From assembly GCA_027488865.1 (NCBI GenBank), contig JAIYAU010000018.1, positions 2,635 through 66,634 of the forward strand: DNA of 64,000 nt. Direction: 5' to 3'. A program made the translations under genes and the position numbers. How positions within the stretch are numbered: position 1 is the stretch's first letter; each line of letters starts with the position of its first letter. The notes under the pieces are model-generated. The model did no database searches, was not told the origin of the DNA, and saw only the letters and a list, made by a program, of their open reading frames with translations. Shown in pieces: positions 21,497 through 31,675 of this stretch. Origin of the DNA: Cytophagaceae bacterium. GTDB taxonomy: Bacteria; Bacteroidota; Bacteroidia; Cytophagales; UBA9547.

Positions 21497-21907
21497 ACAA
21501 AATTTCATGATTTATACCATTAAGTTTGTATTTGACTGGCCTTTAAATTACAAATTTTCTGGAATCTTTGACATGTGTAAAACAACCAAAATTAGTCAAT
21601 GGAAATTATAAAATTACCAGTTCTAACAATTTTGCACACAGTAAAATAAATAAGAAACTCTTGGCGTGTTTACCTCTTATGCTGGTTTTGGGTTGAACTG
21701 TTGGTAACGCAGGTTAGGCATGTTTAAGCATCAGAAAAATATTTTAAAAAAAGTTTAAGAAGGCATGTGGTTTGCAGTTTGGATGCTTAGTATGCATAAT
21801 TAAACAGCGCAAAAACCTGAGATGTTTTTAAATATATAGGCTGCTTTAAGGTAAATTTTATAAATCCACTATTTGTATAGGTCTTTTTCAAGTGCTAACT
21901 TGCCCCC

Positions 21908-23197
21908 ATGATTACTAAAAATTTTGTAGCAGAACTTAAATGGAGAGGTATGATTCACGACATCATGCCTGGTACCGAAGAACAGTTAAACAAAGAAATT
22001 ACCTCAGCTTATGTAGGAGTAGATCCCACCGCTGATTCATTACATATAGGTCACTTGGTGTCTATAATGATGCTTAAACATTTTCAACTAGCTGGTCATA
22101 AGCCCATTATGTTAGTAGGAGGGGCCACTGGTATGATTGGTGATCCTTCGGGGAAATCTGAGGAACGGAATCTACTATCTGAAGAAATACTTAATTACAA
22201 TGTGGAATGTCTTAAAAAACAAATGAGCAAGTTTTTGGACTTCCAATCAGGCACTAATGCAGCAGAAATTGTAAACAACTTTGATTGGTTTAAACAATTC
22301 GACTTATTGAGCTTTTTGCGTGATGTGGGTAAAAACCTCACAGTGAACTACATGATGAGCAAAGATTCTGTGCAAAAGCGACTTGAAACAGGACTTTCAT
22401 TTACCGAATTTTCTTACCAATTGTTGCAAGGATATGACTTTTTGCATTTATACTTGAATAAAAACTGCAAGATTCAAATGGGCGGCTCTGACCAGTGGGG
22501 CAATATAGTAACAGGAACAGAATTAATACGACGTAAGGCAAGTGGAGACGCTTTTGCCATCACCTGTCCACTCATAACCAAGTCAGACGGAGGCAAATTT
22601 GGAAAAACTGAAAAGGGGAATGTTTGGCTAGATCCAGAAAAGACTTCACCATATCAGTTTTACCAGTTTTGGCTAAATGCCAGCGATGAAGATGCTGCCA
22701 AATGGATACGCATCTTTACCTTATTGAGCCAAGACCAAATTGAGGCACTGGAAAAACAGCAGTTAGAAGCGCCTCACCTACGTGTGTTACAAAAGTCTTT
22801 GGCAGATTTACTTACCACCATGGTACATTCAAAAGAAGAATTGGAAAAGGCCATTCAAGCTTCTGAAATATTGTTTGGTAAAGGCACGACCGACATGTTA
22901 GAGTCAATGGATGAAAAAACCTTGTTACAAGTTTTTGAAGGTGTGCCGATGGTTCAAGTTTCTGCCCAGGAATATCAGCAAGTAAGCACTCTAACAGATT
23001 TATTGTCAGTTACGACCCAAAGTATTATTTTTCCAAGTAAAGGAGAAGCACGAAAAATGATTAGCCAAGGGGGTGTAAGTGTTAATAAAACAAAGATGGA
23101 CGATCCTAATATGTCGCCAACCATCCCCTTGTTAAAAAACAAATATTTATTGGTACAAAAAGGCAAGAAAAACTATATCTTAATTGAAGTACAATAG
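21908..23197 (+). CDS. tyrS: Tyrosine--tRNA ligase
   Basis: HIGH motif (SLHIGHL), KMSKS-type KFGKT, and a C-terminal S4 domain. Confidence 0.97.
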   Translation: MITKNFVAELKWRGMIHDIMPGTEEQLNKEITSAYVGVDPTADSLHIGHLVSIMMLKHFQLAGHKPIMLVGGATGMIGDPSGKSEERNLLSEEILNYNVECLKKQMSKFLDFQSGTNAAEIVNNFDWFKQFDLLSFLRDVGKNLTVNYMMSKDSVQKRLETGLSFTEFSYQLLQGYDFLHLYLNKNCKIQMGGSDQWGNIVTGTELIRRKASGDAFAITCPLITKSDGGKFGKTEKGNVWLDPEKTSPYQFYQFWLNASDEDAAKWIRIFTLLSQDQIEALEKQQLEAPHLRVLQKSLADLLTTMVHSKEELEKAIQASEILFGKGTTDMLESMDEKTLLQVFEGVPMVQVSAQEYQQVSTLTDLLSVTTQSIIFPSKGEARKMISQGGVSVNKTKMDDPNMSPTIPLLKNKYLLVQKGKKNYILIEVQ

Positions 23198-23215
23198 TTA
23201 ATTTATATTATAAAT

Positions 23216-23250
23216 AAAAAAACTTGTCAGGTTTTAATTAAAACCTGACA
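23216..23250. terminator. Bidirectional terminator between tyrS and the GH8 gene
   Basis: An A7 run, then the palindrome TGTCAGGTTTTAATTAAAACCTGACA, then T-rich sequence. It sits between the convergent stops at 23197 and 23256. Confidence 0.75.
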
Positions 23251-23255
23251 GTTCT

Positions 23256-26200
23256 TTATTCTTTCACTAATTTAAAATGCTGTAGTTGGTCATTTGAAAT
23301 AACCGTTAGCATATAAACACCAGCCCTAAGATTTTCTCCAAGCAGCACTTTTTCCTCATTAATCGTTTTCTTCTCTACCAATTTGCCTGTTTGGTCGTGC
23401 ACAAGAATTAAGCCCTCTTCAATATTTGCTAAATAAACTGTGGCATAATTGTTAAAAGGATTTGGGATAATGGATATGTTACCCAATTTACTATTCACAT
23501 TTACTTTTTTAGAATAGGTATTCACTCCATCTGCAACATATTTTATTTGATAATATGGTTTGGTAATTACCTCAGCATGAGCGTAATGGTATTCAGTTTT
23601 GTTTTGTGCTGGCATGTTACCAACTACTTGTAGATTATTCACATCATCGCCATTTAACACCTCGTAATAACCTCCTTCTTCACCAGCAACAGTCCATGTT
23701 AAGTTATTTATTAAATTTTTAGTAGAAACTTGAAAATTGATAAAATCTAGAGGTAATGCACCCAAACAATTAACTACGTATTGTGATTTTATATTTGCAA
23801 GTCCATAAATAGAGGCATTCCCAATATTTGTAATGAAATTTGTACATTGGTTTACAGTTGCCTTAAAAGTTCTGGTAATTGAATCATTACCCAACATAGG
23901 ACCAGCTAAAGTAGGCCAAGTGATTGTTCCCGCAGACAATACTCCACCGTTTGAAATAGCCGTCACATTGTTAAGATCCCCAGGGACAGGGTCAGTTAAT
24001 ATAATGTCAAAAGCAGAATCAAATTTAGTTTTATAACTTGTCATGCGTTGTTGTGAATTAGAAAATAGACCCACATAACCAGCAGCCATATTCGTGATGC
24101 CACTGTAAACTTTAAGTGGTGTTCCTGAAAGGGTATTTACCCAGAAATAAATTTTATCATCAATGAGCTCCGCCCTCACAGTGATAGGGTCAGGGCTTCC
24201 ACCATAAGAAATGTTGTTTTCAGATATAATAGAATTTGTGTTATTAAATAACTGCAAGTTCATGGTATTGTTTCCCATTGGATTGGGAGTAATTCTCAAT
24301 CTTACACCATTAAAATCCGATTGACCAGGTGTGCCTGCCGTGTGTCTGAAAATGAGGTTTATATCACTAGCATTTGAAAGATCAAAAACTGCCTCCATGT
24401 AGCCATTTTTACCATGAGATTTTTTATGACCAAAGGCATAACCAATAGAACCTGGATTAGGATTACCAGGAGTGTTCGGATCAAATGAAATCGCCGAGTT
24501 GGTTAGGATTGGAATAAAACCATTGCCAAGTTTTTGCCAGTCAGCTGTCACAGCTCCCGACCCAAAAACCCCATTTACTGTAGCACCATCTTTGTTTTTA
24601 AACTTGAGCGTATAGGTGATAATATCTCCGATAGACACATCTTTTTTATCTGCAGTTTTAAACAATGATGTTTCTACAGGAGGTAAGGGTGGAATTGGGT
24701 TACAAGTAATTGTTAAAGGAACTTGAGAAGAATCAGGAGAATCAGTTAATGATTTTATCCAACCAACATTGACAAAATCAATATCTGGACTAGGGCACGG
24801 TGGGTTTTTCGCAATAGTTTGATAAGACAAATCACCTTTTTCACCAATCAACATGGTAGGGATTTCCCATTTTACGACTCCTGTATAACTTGCGCCAACT
24901 GCTGCTGCTGTGTACGTGGCTGTTACTCCCAAGGCAATATTATCAGTAAATCCATTCCAAGTCAGCCACTTAGGTATGGTGTCATAAACTACCACATTAT
25001 ATGCTTCTCTTCCAGGAAGAGGTCCATTGCCTAATATTCTGCGCCAAGTATATCCATCAAATTCTTCTACCAACACCTTTTTAAAATTCGGAACATCTGG
25101 ATTGCAGACATCTTTTCCATAATTGTTTACAGCCACATTTAAATTAGTATATTTTGCCCAACTATTCGATACAGGCGATAGTCGCACATTTTGCGCCGCA
25201 ATTTGATTTACATCTATGGTATTACTATAAGACCAGTCATCGGCCAGTCTCACACCAAGCATTGAAGAAGGTTTAGATTCTAATTTTGTTCTAATGAATC
25301 CTGGACCAAGTACACCTTTATGAATCAAGTATTGGTTGTCAAGTTTGTCAAAAATATGGGTAGCAGGGGAGGTTAAAACATCAGCAAATCGAATCACCAG
25401 CCTTTGATTCCAACTACCGTTAGCATCTGAACCAGCTGGAATCGCTTGATAGTTAAAAGTGATAGGCCCAGAAGCGGGATTATAACCATATTTATTTAAA
25501 TCACTTTGGTTATCTACTGAAAAGTCCCAACCTGTAGGATTGGTAGTGGCATCATATAATCCCAAGGCAGCAGCATCGTTCATAAAATAAGAAACACGAT
25601 AGTTTTTCATGTTTATGTAAGCTTCTTCAGCACCATGCCATAGTCTATAAAATTGATAAAAAGTGTATCCATTGTTTGGATAATGATTTCCATAAGATAA
25701 TACTACCTTGTCTCTTCCTCCATTCAGCCAAGCATTGCTACTAGATTTATTTTCAAACTCCAGTTTAAAATCTGTGATATCTCCTGGATTCATCTTTCTT
25801 CTATTGGAAGTTTTTTTGATCGTAAGTGTTCTATCGAGTAATATATCAACACAATTTCGCTCCATAGTATAAGTGGCATTGTTAGGATACTCGTTACTTG
25901 TCCAAATTTTAGTGTTTTTAGAATCAAAATAGTTATTACTTGCTGTAATGGTAGTAAGCAAGCAAACCCTATTTGAAACAGGATTAGCTACTACTTTTAC
26001 AATGAATTGAACCTTACCAGTAGTAGGCGCAATACCACCAGCACTCGTAAAACCAGGCAAAGAACCAATATTCCAAGAAATGGTATTGCCAGCTAAAGTA
26101 CCTCCATTTGTGGCTGAAACAAATTCATAATCAGTACTTAAGGTAGCTGTAACTAAAGTGTTAAGGGCGGTAATTGAGCCATAGTTTCTATAGTCTATCG

Positions 26201-27896
26201 TATACGTTAAAAAATCTCCTGCATAAGCATACGTTCGGTCTACTGATAAATAAGATTTTACATTGGCCAAAGCATTAATGGTGGTAGGTGGGTGAAGATT
26301 ACCTGAATTGGTCAACATTCCTAAAGTTCTAAACCAATCATGAAAATATATAGGAGTACTTCCTATATATCTTTGTCTTTCTGTTAAACCAGTACTTTTT
26401 TTGGAAGCATCATCCCACATGATTTCTGCTTGTCTGTACATTTCTGCGATGAGTTCTAAGTCTTCTGAAGCCACGGCGGCAGGTGCTCCAGTACCTACAT
26501 TATAGTTGGTTCTAAATTGGCTTGCAATAGTACCGTCGACACCTATGGCTTGGGGTATATTAGCAACGCCTTTATATAGGGGGCAGGCAGGATCAGGCGA
26601 TGAGCCATATTGATTACATTGGGGTGTTCCTATGGGTTTGCCTGGGCCTTTTAAATATAAGGCATGTCGAAGAGCCATATCTCGTTCGTAGGTATTTGGT
26701 ATGTTTTCTACTTGGTGCGTAACAGGATTCCAGCGCGTAGTAGGATTGCCATGCCAGACATAGTTTAAAATAGTTCGCCATGCTGCTCTGAAGTCCTCAC
26801 CTTGAGGTTCTTTTGGGTGTGGGCCAAAGGTTGTAACAGTACCATTGTTGTTGACGGTGCAATTACCTGAAGAAGCAACATACCCTTTGGCATACATTTG
26901 CCCGATCAGCCAATCAGACGAGGCTTCTCCTCGTAGATACTGGTTAATTTGCCATGGAGTTCCACCGTTAGCAGCAAGATATTTGGCAAATTGATTAAAA
27001 TAAGCAGGACCAATATAATCTGTGTAAAGTAAAGATTGAGAAAAGGCCTCTGGTTTTAAATGGGAGTTTGGAAATATTTGGTTGGCAGCATTATATCTCC
27101 AACTTGTAATTTCATCCCAAGTATTTCCATTTTTGCAATATCCATCTACACCAATATCACCAGATAAATATCCTGTAAGGGCTCCAGCACCAAGGTTTAA
27201 CAAGGGTATTGTATCAACAATTGCATTAATCATTTTTCTTGCTTCTACTTGATAGCTAATAGGATTGCCACAAGCATCGTTTATTCCCATGTTAGCCCCC
27301 CATTGTTTAAAAGCAATCAATAAGGCCATAGCAATGTCATAATCTCCGTCTGTCGCAGAGTCATTGTCACCATCATTAACGGGTGTTGTTTGATCATTTT
27401 TCCAGCCTGGTAAATTTGGACCATACCTATAAGTTGGTCTCAAATCAGCACAATTGTCATATCTTTTTACCTTACTAAGTCTATTGTCATGTACCCATAG
27501 CCAAAGTCCATCAAATGCTTCCTTATCTGCAAAATAAGCGGCAGCTAACAAGGCATATCCATCTCCTTCTGATACGAAAGTATTATTGTTTTCAGGTACA
27601 ACGCTCGCATTATAAATAATGTATCTTTTCCCATTTAAAACTTTTCCAGAATAAATACAACGGTGCATCATTATTTGATAGGCCTCCCGCATTGCTTTTT
27701 CCATATCTGCGTGAGTGACTCCTTCGGCATTATATTTGCCAAGTGTTTTACCTTGATTATATTCTAAAAATTGTGGAAAAGGAAAAGCTGGATTGTTTGA
27801 GTTAATATTAATTTTAATGGTATCAGCGGGCCAAGATTGTGCTGAAGCATTATTTAAAATCAATATTATTCCCAAGAGGGTTAATATTTTTTTCAT
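23256..27896 (-). CDS. 1546-aa secreted multidomain glycoside hydrolase: N-terminal GH8 catalytic domain, DUF11-type repeat domains, a ConA/LamG-like domain and a T9SS C-terminal sorting domain
   Basis: SATDGDYDIAMALLIAFKQW matches the PROSITE GH8 signature A-[ST]-D-[AG]-D-x2-[IM]-A-x-[SA]-[LIVM]-[LIVMG]-x-A-x3-[FW] at every position. The upstream SEGDGYALL carries the putative catalytic Glu. The C-terminus IIPNPFNNYATVYL...GVYMLTVISNDQLQHFKLVKE is a T9SS CTD. Confidence 0.85.
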   Translation of the reverse strand: MKKILTLLGIILILNNASAQSWPADTIKININSNNPAFPFPQFLEYNQGKTLGKYNAEGVTHADMEKAMREAYQIMMHRCIYSGKVLNGKRYIIYNASVVPENNNTFVSEGDGYALLAAAYFADKEAFDGLWLWVHDNRLSKVKRYDNCADLRPTYRYGPNLPGWKNDQTTPVNDGDNDSATDGDYDIAMALLIAFKQWGANMGINDACGNPISYQVEARKMINAIVDTIPLLNLGAGALTGYLSGDIGVDGYCKNGNTWDEITSWRYNAANQIFPNSHLKPEAFSQSLLYTDYIGPAYFNQFAKYLAANGGTPWQINQYLRGEASSDWLIGQMYAKGYVASSGNCTVNNNGTVTTFGPHPKEPQGEDFRAAWRTILNYVWHGNPTTRWNPVTHQVENIPNTYERDMALRHALYLKGPGKPIGTPQCNQYGSSPDPACPLYKGVANIPQAIGVDGTIASQFRTNYNVGTGAPAAVASEDLELIAEMYRQAEIMWDDASKKSTGLTERQRYIGSTPIYFHDWFRTLGMLTNSGNLHPPTTINALANVKSYLSVDRTYAYAGDFLTYTIDYRNYGSITALNTLVTATLSTDYEFVSATNGGTLAGNTISWNIGSLPGFTSAGGIAPTTGKVQFIVKVVANPVSNRVCLLTTITASNNYFDSKNTKIWTSNEYPNNATYTMERNCVDILLDRTLTIKKTSNRRKMNPGDITDFKLEFENKSSSNAWLNGGRDKVVLSYGNHYPNNGYTFYQFYRLWHGAEEAYINMKNYRVSYFMNDAAALGLYDATTNPTGWDFSVDNQSDLNKYGYNPASGPITFNYQAIPAGSDANGSWNQRLVIRFADVLTSPATHIFDKLDNQYLIHKGVLGPGFIRTKLESKPSSMLGVRLADDWSYSNTIDVNQIAAQNVRLSPVSNSWAKYTNLNVAVNNYGKDVCNPDVPNFKKVLVEEFDGYTWRRILGNGPLPGREAYNVVVYDTIPKWLTWNGFTDNIALGVTATYTAAAVGASYTGVVKWEIPTMLIGEKGDLSYQTIAKNPPCPSPDIDFVNVGWIKSLTDSPDSSQVPLTITCNPIPPLPPVETSLFKTADKKDVSIGDIITYTLKFKNKDGATVNGVFGSGAVTADWQKLGNGFIPILTNSAISFDPNTPGNPNPGSIGYAFGHKKSHGKNGYMEAVFDLSNASDINLIFRHTAGTPGQSDFNGVRLRITPNPMGNNTMNLQLFNNTNSIISENNISYGGSPDPITVRAELIDDKIYFWVNTLSGTPLKVYSGITNMAAGYVGLFSNSQQRMTSYKTKFDSAFDIILTDPVPGDLNNVTAISNGGVLSAGTITWPTLAGPMLGNDSITRTFKATVNQCTNFITNIGNASIYGLANIKSQYVVNCLGALPLDFINFQVSTKNLINNLTWTVAGEEGGYYEVLNGDDVNNLQVVGNMPAQNKTEYHYAHAEVITKPYYQIKYVADGVNTYSKKVNVNSKLGNISIIPNPFNNYATVYLANIEEGLILVHDQTGKLVEKKTINEEKVLLGENLRAGVYMLTVISNDQLQHFKLVKE

Positions 27897-28101
27897 AATT
27901 ATATTGATAAATTGAAGTAGTACTACAAATATAGTGATTTATACAATTTTAATAAAAAATGTAACTAAATTGATTTTAAATAAATTTAGATAATCATAAA
28001 AAATTTTAGCCATGGCAAAATTCAATTCTTACGATTAAATTTTTAAATTATTATTACAAACAACCCCTTAATTACATCAAACTTAAGTATAAATTTGCAT
28101 A

Positions 28102-30015
28102 TTGATTACACAAGAGACCATATCACAAATTCAACAAACAGCTGATATAGTGGAGGTTGTAGGTGATTTTGTAACTTTAAAGAAAAAGGGACAAAATTAT
28201 TGGGCTTGTTGTCCATTTCATAATGAAAAATCTCCTTCATTTTCAGTAGCTCCACACAAAGGAATTTATAAATGTTTCGGATGTGGTGCAGCAGGCGATT
28301 CCATCAAATTTGTGATGGACGTAGAGAAAATTTCTTATGTAGAATCGCTGCGTTATTTAGCCAAAAAATATAGTATTGAGATAGTTGAGGATATTAGCAA
28401 TTATCAACAAAAGCAAGAGGCTTCCACAAACGAAAGCCTATACATTGTGCTCAATTTTGCAAAAAATTATTTTGTTGGCCAATTACATGATACTGAAGAG
28501 GGTAAATCCATTGGCTATAGTTATTTTAAAGAAAGAGGTTTTAGTGAGGAAACCATTCGTAAGTTTGAATTGGGTTATACTGCTCACGCTTGGGATGGAT
28601 TATTAAAAGAAGCAAAAGTACAACAGCACCAAGAAGATATATTGGAAAAAGCGGGCTTAATTATTAAAAAGGATGATAAAACCTATGATCGATTTAGAGG
28701 TAGGGTTATTTTTCCAATTCATAACACCTCTGGTAAAGCAATCGCTTTTGGTGCTAGAATTTTAACAAGTGATAAAAATCAACCCAAGTATATCAATTCA
28801 CCTGAAACAGAGGTGTATCATAAACACCAAGTATTGTATGGTATTTTTCAAGCTAAAAATGCAATTCGACAAAATGATAATTGTTTCTTAACAGAAGGGT
28901 ATACTGACGTAATTTCGCTGCATCAAGCGGGCATAGAAAACGTGGTTGCATCTTCGGGCACTTCACTCACTCAAGACCAAATTAAACTTGTAGCTAGGTT
29001 TACACAAAACATTACCATATTATATGATGGAGACCCAGCAGGTATAAAAGCATCTCTTCGAGGCATTGACTTAATTTTGGAGAAAGGTCTCAATGTCCAG
29101 GTGTGTACTTTTCCTAATAATGATGACCCTGATAGTTACGTTCGTAAAATTGGAGGAGTGGCGTTTAAAGAATTTGTAAGTAATAATACGACAGATTTTA
29201 TAACCTATAAAACCAAATTATTTCTCGTTGATGCTGGTAATGACCCAATTAAAAAAGCTGGTATTATAAGAGACATTGTGGAAAGCATATCAAAAATTCC
29301 TGATGGAATTAAAAGAGCTGTATATTTTAAACAATGCAGTCAATTGCTCGATATTGCCGAAGATGTGTTAATTACCGAATACAACAAAAACACTTTATTA
29401 CAACGCAAACAAAAATCTAAAGAAGAAACGGAGATATATGAATCGAATATAATACTTGACAACTTTAATCAAGAACAAGAAGCACCTAGTCAAATTACCC
29501 TTTCCAATGCCATCCACGTGCTTGAAATGGAACTTGCACGCTTGATAGTCAATTTTTCTGATTTTAAAAACGAAGACGGGCTTACCTTGTTTAATTATGT
29601 TAAAAATGAAGTTCATGATATTCAATTCAAAACTGTAGAATATGGACAATTAATCACATACATGTTGGGTCAATTTGCAGATCAAATAGATTTAAATGAA
29701 CTTAAAAATGTGGAAGATGTGCACATGAAGAATAGGATTTTTAATCTATTAGCTGAAAAATATGATTTAAGTCCCAATTGGTTTAAACATCAAATTACGG
29801 TACCTGCCAAAGATTCTAATCCTTTCATAAATGCTTATAATGTAATCCTAAAAATTAGATTGAGGCATATAAGGGAAATGTTGCATGAGAATCAGGTAAT
29901 TATATCACAAACCATCGACGACGACCAGCTGTTTCAATTATTAAAAGTTAATATGGTTTTGAAAAATACCGAGAAGGAAGTAGCCAAATTATTGGGGAAC
30001 GTAATTACACCTTAG
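28102..30015 (+). CDS. dnaG: DNA primase
   Basis: CHC2 zinc finger (CCPFHNEKSPSFSV...YKCFGCG) and a TOPRIM domain (LTEGYTDVISLHQAG...YDGDPAG). Start is the TTG at 28102. Confidence 0.95.
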   Translation: MITQETISQIQQTADIVEVVGDFVTLKKKGQNYWACCPFHNEKSPSFSVAPHKGIYKCFGCGAAGDSIKFVMDVEKISYVESLRYLAKKYSIEIVEDISNYQQKQEASTNESLYIVLNFAKNYFVGQLHDTEEGKSIGYSYFKERGFSEETIRKFELGYTAHAWDGLLKEAKVQQHQEDILEKAGLIIKKDDKTYDRFRGRVIFPIHNTSGKAIAFGARILTSDKNQPKYINSPETEVYHKHQVLYGIFQAKNAIRQNDNCFLTEGYTDVISLHQAGIENVVASSGTSLTQDQIKLVARFTQNITILYDGDPAGIKASLRGIDLILEKGLNVQVCTFPNNDDPDSYVRKIGGVAFKEFVSNNTTDFITYKTKLFLVDAGNDPIKKAGIIRDIVESISKIPDGIKRAVYFKQCSQLLDIAEDVLITEYNKNTLLQRKQKSKEETEIYESNIILDNFNQEQEAPSQITLSNAIHVLEMELARLIVNFSDFKNEDGLTLFNYVKNEVHDIQFKTVEYGQLITYMLGQFADQIDLNELKNVEDVHMKNRIFNLLAEKYDLSPNWFKHQITVPAKDSNPFINAYNVILKIRLRHIREMLHENQVIISQTIDDDQLFQLLKVNMVLKNTEKEVAKLLGNVITP

Positions 30016-30039
30016 AATTTTTTGAGGGTCTCAAATAAT

Positions 30040-30837
30040 TTACTTGGTTCTAAAGACCTCCAAATTAGATTTATCAAACAAATAAATATATTTTTCTCCC
30101 ATCACAGCCTTGCCATAACTATTTTTAGGAAGGCTAATAGTTCTACGTTCGTCCAAATATATTTTTAACAAAATCAACTCTGAGCCATCTAGATAATAGA
30201 GCTCATCTTTATAAAAGCCAAAATATTCTAAGGCTGGGATAGTTATTTTTTTCTTAAAATTTCCAAAATTATCAAAAACCAGAATTCCATTAATTCTATC
30301 TAACACAAAGAGTTGGTTTTGATATTCTTTCATCATTACTAAATCATAATCTTGGGCATTAAGTATTAAATCACAATTGGTTTTTGAAATAACTTTTAAC
30401 TGTTCAGTATCATATTTTTTGAGACTAAAATCACTATCATCAAAAAACCAAATTTGATTGTTGGCGGATACTGTGGCTATTCTTCCAAAACCGATTTGCT
30501 CTTCTGGAAGGTCAATTTTAGGCAAAGGACCAAGAAATCGATCAAAAAGGCCGAATTGTTGAAAATCTTTGTAAAATGCAAATACTCTAATAGTGTTCCA
30601 TGCTTCTAGCGAGGTAATTGAACCAGTTTTGGAAGGGGAGTAGGCCAATAAGGAGTCACCTTCTTGGTTGTATTTTGTTATTGTTCCCTCTAAGTCGCTG
30701 ATATAAAGGTTGAAGTATCTATCGTAGCTTACTTTATCTACTAATCTAAGTTGAACTGTTTTTACGATTTCAATGGTTTGTGCTGAAATTGTAAGCACAA
30801 AACAACATAATAGTAAAATCAATTTTCTTGTAACCAC
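30040..30837 (-). CDS. Hypothetical secreted protein
   Basis: Signal peptide MVTRKLILLLCCFVLTISAQ. Repetitive beta-strand-like sequence with no recognisable catalytic motif. Confidence 0.5.
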   Translation of the reverse strand: MVTRKLILLLCCFVLTISAQTIEIVKTVQLRLVDKVSYDRYFNLYISDLEGTITKYNQEGDSLLAYSPSKTGSITSLEAWNTIRVFAFYKDFQQFGLFDRFLGPLPKIDLPEEQIGFGRIATVSANNQIWFFDDSDFSLKKYDTEQLKVISKTNCDLILNAQDYDLVMMKEYQNQLFVLDRINGILVFDNFGNFKKKITIPALEYFGFYKDELYYLDGSELILLKIYLDERRTISLPKNSYGKAVMGEKYIYLFDKSNLEVFRTK

Positions 30838-30857
30838 TATTTTGAGCCCTTTTGGTG

Positions 30858-31640
30858 TTATTTTACTAACTTATCTTCAAAATTAATAATTTGTAGTTCT
30901 TTACCATTAAATTCTACATAATTGCTACTATTAATCCATTCTCCTAGATTTATATACGTTGAGGTGGTAGATACAGGTAAAGTCATCTGTAAATGTCTAT
31001 GACCAAAAATGTAATAATCAAAGTGGTGTTTAGATTCCTCATCTTTACAATATTGCCAAAGCCATTCTTGTTCTCCTAAAAATATTTCATCATGATGGTG
31101 GTTAGCTATCCTGCTTTTTCCAGACCAGGTAGTGGCTATAAAAAAGCCAATTCCAGGATGCAATTTTGCAAATAACCATTGGCACAACTTACTGTTAAAA
31201 AACGATTTAATGAGTTTATAGCCACGGTCATAAGGGCCTAAACCATCACCATGATGTAGATAAAAAGATATATTGTTAATGATCAATTTAATAGGTTTTC
31301 TATAAATCTTAACCCCAATTTCTCTTTTAAAATAATCAAACATCCACATGTCGTGGTTTCCAGTAAAAAATATAAGTTCAATTCCCTGATCTGCAATTTC
31401 TGCAAGCTTCCCTTGAAACCTAATAAAACCTTTTGGTATTACGTATTTATATTCAAACCAAAAATCAAAAATATCACCCAGTAAAATGATCGTTTGCGCT
31501 TCTGGTTTAATTTTATCTAACCATCTAACAATCTTTTTTTCTCTTTCAAGACTACTATTGGTGTTAGGGGCACCTAAGTGAAAATCAGAAGCTAAAAATA
31601 TTTTTTTTCCAGTTTGAAGTGTTATGGTGTGTACTTCCAT
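30858..31640 (-). CDS. lpxH: UDP-2,3-diacylglucosamine diphosphatase (LpxH-like calcineurin-type metallophosphoesterase)
   Basis: Metallophosphoesterase motifs in order: SDFHLG, GDIFDFW, GNHDMW, HHGD and GHRH. The length and the FDFWFEY motif are LpxH-like. Confidence 0.7.
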   Translation of the reverse strand: MEVHTITLQTGKKIFLASDFHLGAPNTNSSLEREKKIVRWLDKIKPEAQTIILLGDIFDFWFEYKYVIPKGFIRFQGKLAEIADQGIELIFFTGNHDMWMFDYFKREIGVKIYRKPIKLIINNISFYLHHGDGLGPYDRGYKLIKSFFNSKLCQWLFAKLHPGIGFFIATTWSGKSRIANHHHDEIFLGEQEWLWQYCKDEESKHHFDYYIFGHRHLQMTLPVSTTSTYINLGEWINSSNYVEFNGKELQIINFEDKLVK

Positions 31641-31668
31641 AAAAAAATGAAGCCACCCGAAGGTGGCT
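31641..31668 (-). terminator. Intrinsic terminator of ftsH with a UUCG tetraloop
   Basis: On the - strand, AGCCACC-TTCG-GGTGGCT is followed by TCATTTTTTT. It lies 8 nt after the ftsH stop and abuts the lpxH-like start codon. Confidence 0.75.
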
Positions 31669-31675
31669 CTACTAG

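Noticed and set aside
21640-21907. T-box riboswitch upstream of tyrS
   Set aside because: No T-box consensus (AAUUAGGGUGGNACCGCG-like) or specifier-loop architecture is visible. T-boxes are not a feature I expect in Bacteroidota.
23225-23250. Shared CTGTCAGG/CCTGACAG core in the terminators at 23.2 kb and 55.1 kb as a REP-like family
   Set aside because: There are only two copies, the identity is limited to 8 nt, and the loops and flanks differ. Both are adequately explained as independent bidirectional terminators.
28089-28096. TAAATTTG -7 box as the dnaG promoter
   Set aside because: It ends only 5 nt before the TTG start codon. That would imply a leaderless mRNA beginning with a non-AUG codon, which is unlikely, so this is probably a chance match.
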